The notes under the pieces were generated by a model. It was not told the DNA's origin, did no database searches, and was given only the letters and a program-made list of their open reading frames with translations. A DNA stretch of 64,000 bases, from positions 6,777 through 70,776 of the forward strand of contig JBQCGD010000168.1 of the NCBI GenBank assembly GCA_051955985.1. The letters are read 5' to 3'. This document shows, piece by piece, positions 60,892 to 64,000 of this stretch. The stretch comes from Phycisphaerae bacterium. Its GTDB lineage: Bacteria > Planctomycetota > Phycisphaerae > WQYP01. The translations under genes and the position numbers were made by a program. Within the stretch, counting starts at the first letter, position 1. The number at the start of each line of letters is the position of its first letter.

Positions 60892-61536
60892 TCACGACGC
60901 CGACGCCGCGTTCCCGCCCGGCTTCACCGCAAACCCCGCCTCCACCGCCATCCGCACCAGGTCCGCCACATTCGCCGCGCGCATCTTCGCCATCAAATTC
61001 GCCCGGTGATGATCCACCGTCCGCGCCGATATCCCCAGTTCGTCCGCGATCATCTTCGTCGATTTCCCCTCAATCACCGCCGCCAGCAGCTCCGACTCCC
61101 GCGGGCTCAGCGTCCCCAGTCGCTTCCGCACTTCCTCGCTCGCCCCCTTCGCCTCCCGCCGCACCTTGTCCGCCGCCAACGCCGTCGTCACCGCCTTCAC
61201 CAGCACCGGCCGCTCGAACGGCTTCTCCAGGAAATCCACCGCCCCCAGCTTCAACGACTTCACCGCCGCCGGCACGCTCCCGTGCGCCGTCACGATGATC
61301 ACCGGACACCCAGACTTCTCCTGGAAATGCTTCTCCAGGAACTCCAGCCCCGATACCCCCGGCATCTCCAGGTCCAGCAGGATACAGCTCACCCCGTCCG
61401 GGATCGTGAACCCCGCAAACTCCTCCGCCGACGCGAATGAACGCACCTCGATCCCCTCCGCCTTCAACGTCGCCTCCATCAGGCTCCGCATGGACGGGTC
61501 ATCATCGATCACGTATGCAGTATTCACAGGATTCAT
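60892..61536 (-). CDS. Response regulator, FixJ/NarL (LuxR-type HTH) family
   Basis: REC domain (VIDDDPSMR...LLDLEMPGVSG...TAHG) plus LuxR HTH (LSPRESELLAAVIEGKSTKMIADELGISARTVDHHRANLMAKM). Confidence 0.85.
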   Translation of the reverse strand: MNPVNTAYVIDDDPSMRSLMEATLKAEGIEVRSFASAEEFAGFTIPDGVSCILLDLEMPGVSGLEFLEKHFQEKSGCPVIIVTAHGSVPAAVKSLKLGAVDFLEKPFERPVLVKAVTTALAADKVRREAKGASEEVRKRLGTLSPRESELLAAVIEGKSTKMIADELGISARTVDHHRANLMAKMRAANVADLVRMAVEAGFAVKPGGNAASAS

Positions 61537-61599
61537 ACCCGTTAAATTACCTATAGATGCAAAACTGTACAACCCTGGCCGGTGCTTCCTCACATGCCC

Positions 61600-62535
61600 T
61601 TAATTCGTCCGCGACGCCAGATCATGCGCCAACTGGCTCAACAGAACCGCATGCGGCCCCAGTCGCGCGCTCACCTCGTCCGCAATCCGCACCTGCTCCG
61701 CCAGGTACTGCCGCGATTTCTCCAGCCCCACCAGCGCGGGGTACGTCAGCTTCCCGATCGCCGCATCCTTCCCCGTCTTCTTCCCCATCTGCTCCTCCGT
61801 TGCCGTCACGTCCAGGATGTCATCCATGATCTGGAACGCCAGCCCGATCGCCTTCCCATACGTGTCGATCGCCTCCAGTACCTCCCCGCTCACGTTCGCA
61901 CACAACGCCCCCATCCGGCACGAACACCGGATCAACGCCCCCGTCTTCATCCGGTGTATCTGCTGTAGCTTCGGCAAATCCCCCGCGCTCCCCGCCTTCG
62001 CTTCCTCCGGATGACACGTGTCCAGCACCTGCCCCCCGATCATCCCCTCCGGCCCCGTCGCATACGCCAGTTCCCGGATCAACGCGCTCGCCAGCCGCGC
62101 ATCCCCCACCTTCTTCGCAATCACCTCAAACGCCATCGTGTTCAACGCATCCCCCGCCAGGATCGCCAGCGCGTCCCCATACACCTTGTGATTCGTCGGC
62201 CGACCGCGCCGCAGGTCGTCGTTGTCCATCGCCGGCAGATCGTCATGGATCAGCGAAAAACAGTGAATCATCTCAATCGCCGCCGCCGGCGCCAGCGCCG
62301 TCTCCACATCCACCCCGCCCACCGCATGATGGCACAACAGCACCAGCACCGGCCGAATCCGCTTCCCCGGCCCAAACAGCGAGTACCCAATCGCCTCCGT
62401 CAACTTCGCCGGCGACTCCCGCAGCGACTCCAGGTACGCCTTCAAATACCCATCCGCACGCGCCGCCGCGTCCTTCATGAATGCCTTCAAATCACCCGCA
62501 GAAGCCTGCGAACTCGGGGTAGAGGTAGGGGACAT
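61600..62535 (-). CDS. Polyprenyl diphosphate synthase (FPP/GGPP synthase)
   Basis: FARM LIHDDLPAMDNDDLRRG and SARM FQIMDDILD motifs. Start at MSPTST. Confidence 0.85.
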   Translation of the reverse strand: MSPTSTPSSQASAGDLKAFMKDAAARADGYLKAYLESLRESPAKLTEAIGYSLFGPGKRIRPVLVLLCHHAVGGVDVETALAPAAAIEMIHCFSLIHDDLPAMDNDDLRRGRPTNHKVYGDALAILAGDALNTMAFEVIAKKVGDARLASALIRELAYATGPEGMIGGQVLDTCHPEEAKAGSAGDLPKLQQIHRMKTGALIRCSCRMGALCANVSGEVLEAIDTYGKAIGLAFQIMDDILDVTATEEQMGKKTGKDAAIGKLTYPALVGLEKSRQYLAEQVRIADEVSARLGPHAVLLSQLAHDLASRTN

Positions 62536-62655
62536 GCGCACTCCGTCTATGAAAAGCCAGCCACAAAGTATAAACGCAAACCCCTCCCGCGCCGACACGC
62601 ACGATCCCTCCCCGCTTGTCGCCCCGCCCCCTTTTCACTACTATCTCTTTCTCCC

Positions 62656-62727
62656 GCGGGCGTAACTCAGTGGTAGAGTCACAGCCTTCCAAGCTGTTGG
62701 TCGTGGGTTCGAATCCCATCGCCCGCT
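62656..62727 (+). tRNA. tRNA-Gly (anticodon UCC)
   Basis: Folded by hand. 7-bp acceptor stem GCGGGCG/CGCCCGC, D-stem ACTC/GAGT, anticodon stem ACAGC/GCTGT with loop CTTCCAA (U33-UCC-A37), T-arm GTGGG-TTCGAAT-CCCAT. No encoded CCA. Confidence 0.85.
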
Positions 62728-62957
62728 TTCCCCCCCTCCATCGCTTTTCCCCCCTCCATCCTTCGTTTTTATCTCCCCCTTTAACACTCCTCTAATCCCT
62801 CGAACGCTATGCTTTCTACCAGCGTCCCCCACCACGGCGTATCCCGCCTTGGTGCAGCCCTCGCTCACCCGCAGCTAATTCCCACACGGACCCTCGCGGA
62901 CGTCCCGCGGGGGTCTCTCCTCCTCCCGCCTCCCCCTCAACAAGCTTCCTTCCACGA

Positions 62958-62990
62958 CCCCCGACGGTTCTTTCAACGTCGGGGGTTTTT
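62958..62990 (+). terminator. Rho-independent terminator (9-bp GC stem cccccgacg/cgtcggggg, 10-nt loop, TTTTT tail)
   Basis: Read directly. It lies about 230 nt downstream of tRNA-Gly and about 100 nt upstream of the WXG100-like gene. Confidence 0.55.
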
Positions 62991-63032
62991 CTTTCCCCGC
63001 AACGCACTCCCCCCTCGCCCCCCCATTTTTCA

Positions 63033-63061
63033 TTGTTGCGCACCTGTCGCGCGGATATAAC
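63033..63061 (+). promoter_or_regulatory. Sigma70-like promoter TTGTTG-17-TATAAC for the WXG100-like gene
   Basis: TTGTTG at 63033-63038, 17-nt spacer, TATAAC at 63056-63061, then GGAGGA RBS 7 nt before the ATG at 63091. Confidence 0.35.
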
Positions 63062-63090
63062 CGCTCATACACCCCTGCGGAGGAACACGC

Positions 63091-63363
63091 ATGTCCAAAG
63101 CCAACGTCGATCCCGGCGAACTCCGCCGCTTCGCCATGGACCTCAAACGCTTCACCGAGGAAATCGAGTCCCTCATGGGCCAGCTCCACACCCGCATGAA
63201 CAACCTCGAAGCCTCCTGGCGCGACCAGGAACAGAAAAAATTCGCCGAAACCTTCGTCCAGGCCACCAAGGCCCTCGGCACCTTCGTCCAAGCCGCCGGC
63301 GAACACTCCGTTTTCCTCAACCGAAAAGCCGCCGCCATCGAACAATACCTCAAGCAGCGCTAA
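63091..63363 (+). CDS. WXG100-like (EsxA/YukE-like) small helical hairpin protein, 90 aa
   Basis: Length, N-terminal VDPGELRRFA (compare YukE VTPEQLRSAA), and central turn LEASWRDQEQKKFAETF (compare LGSSWQGQASAAFQAKF). The Trp sits mid-protein between two predicted helices; Gly of WxG is replaced by Asp. Strong RBS. Confidence 0.45.
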   Translation: MSKANVDPGELRRFAMDLKRFTEEIESLMGQLHTRMNNLEASWRDQEQKKFAETFVQATKALGTFVQAAGEHSVFLNRKAAAIEQYLKQR

Positions 63364-63418
63364 CATGATCCCTCGAATGCCCCCTGCGTAATCTCTGGAA
63401 AATAACCGGACCACCCCC

Positions 63419-64000
63419 ATGTCCGAACAAGTCAAAGTCAAAGACCTCGAAGTCTTCGCCCGTTTCCGCGCCGCCATGATCAAGTTCGCCCAGCACGCCG
63501 GCGACGCCATCAGCAGCGCCGACAGTGAAGTCGCCGGCACCGTCAACTGGCTCGAAACCGAGCAACGCACCTTCTGGGAAGGACAACTCCGCAAACGCTC
63601 CGAAGCCGTCGCCAAGGCCCGCGAAGACCTCCGCCAGAAAAAACTCTACAAGGACTCCTCCGGCCGAACCCCCAGCGCCGTCGATCAGGAAAAAGCCCTC
63701 GCAAAAGCCACCGCCGCCGTCGCCCACGCCGAGGAACGCCTCCTCAACGTCCGCCGCTGGCTCCCACGCCTCGAAAAAGCCGCCGGCCTCTACCGCAGCG
63801 GCGTCGCTGCCCTCTCCAAAACCATCGCCGACGACATCCCCAGATCCCTCTCCCTCCTCGACCGCCTCGCCGAATCCCTCCACCAATACCTCGAGATCGA
63901 AAACGCCCTCTCCGCCCCGCCCGGCGAAGCCCCCGCCGAATCCGTCGCCTCCATGTCCCGCGGCGGCGATTCTTCCACCGAACCGCAACCTCAACAAAGT
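63419..64000 (+). CDS. Hypothetical alpha-helical/coiled-coil protein, partial (3' end outside the window), downstream partner of the WXG100-like gene
   Basis: Open frame from the ATG at 63419 to the window end (at least 193 aa), not in the ORF track because no stop is reached. C-ending codon usage matches local genes. The C-terminal part is Pro/Ser/Gln-rich. Confidence 0.4.
   Translation, partial: MSEQVKVKDLEVFARFRAAMIKFAQHAGDAISSADSEVAGTVNWLETEQRTFWEGQLRKRSEAVAKAREDLRQKKLYKDSSGRTPSAVDQEKALAKATAAVAHAEERLLNVRRWLPRLEKAAGLYRSGVAALSKTIADDIPRSLSLLDRLAESLHQYLEIENALSAPPGEAPAESVASMSRGGDSSTEPQPQQS

Noticed and set aside
59234-60895. Longer 553-aa version of the HEAT-repeat protein starting at the track position 60895
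   Set aside because: The first 40 residues are non-hydrophobic and precede a textbook signal peptide. An internal GTG at 60775 with a GGAG RBS gives a conventional secreted protein. The longer form is kept as an alternative.
62809-63060. 83-aa Pro-rich plus-strand ORF downstream of tRNA-Gly
   Set aside because: It reads straight through the rho-independent terminator and the predicted promoter, has a low-complexity composition and has no RBS.
1-64000. CRISPR arrays, integrases, transposases and prophage genes
   Set aside because: No spaced direct-repeat arrays and no recombinase, transposase or phage structural motifs were seen in any frame. The only mobile-element-like signal is the tRNA-adjacent context at the right edge, reported as a finding.

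Overview
High-GC (about 65%) bacterial chromosomal window, probably from a Verrucomicrobia/PVC-type organism, judging by PEP-CTERM tails and the BNR-4, PATR and dockerin-like domains. Left to right it contains: (1) a plant-glycan (arabinogalactan-type) utilisation locus with tandem BNR-4 family proteins, GH35 beta-galactosidase, an SSS symporter, a GH43 enzyme, a ROK regulator and araA-araB-araD; (2) a nitrate assimilation cluster with a LysR regulator, a cytoplasmic NrtA-like binding protein, narK, nirBD and a 1198-aa fused nitrate reductase; (3) a GT4/GT2/methyltransferase triad; (4) a TlpA-like CPC thioredoxin-fold protein translationally coupled to a multi-TM hybrid histidine kinase; (5) ThuA-like and M1 aminopeptidase genes; (6) a four-gene cluster of an 840-aa GldG-like membrane protein, an ABC ATPase, a large ABC-2 permease and a secreted protein; (7) housekeeping genes (citrate synthase, SDR, SixA, aminotransferase, HDAC-like, polyprenyl synthase); (8) two PEP-CTERM proteins, one of only about 59 aa; (9) a glycan methylation/glycosylation cluster (FkbM, GT, GT9-GT2 fusion, methyltransferase, CgeB-like); (10) tRNA-Gly(UCC) followed by a structured C-rich spacer, a terminator and a WXG100-like small protein plus a second helical protein running off the window edge. 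The most striking non-genic signal is an extreme strand compositional asymmetry. The + strand is G-rich (G about 2x C) from 1 to about 32 kb and C-rich (C about 2-2.5x G) from about 37 kb onward, whatever the gene orientation. The sign change falls around 33-36 kb and is consistent with a replication terminus (or origin). No CRISPR array, integrase or transposase was recognised. The many long Arg/Pro/Gly-rich ORFs in the track are antisense artefacts of this skewed high-GC sequence.
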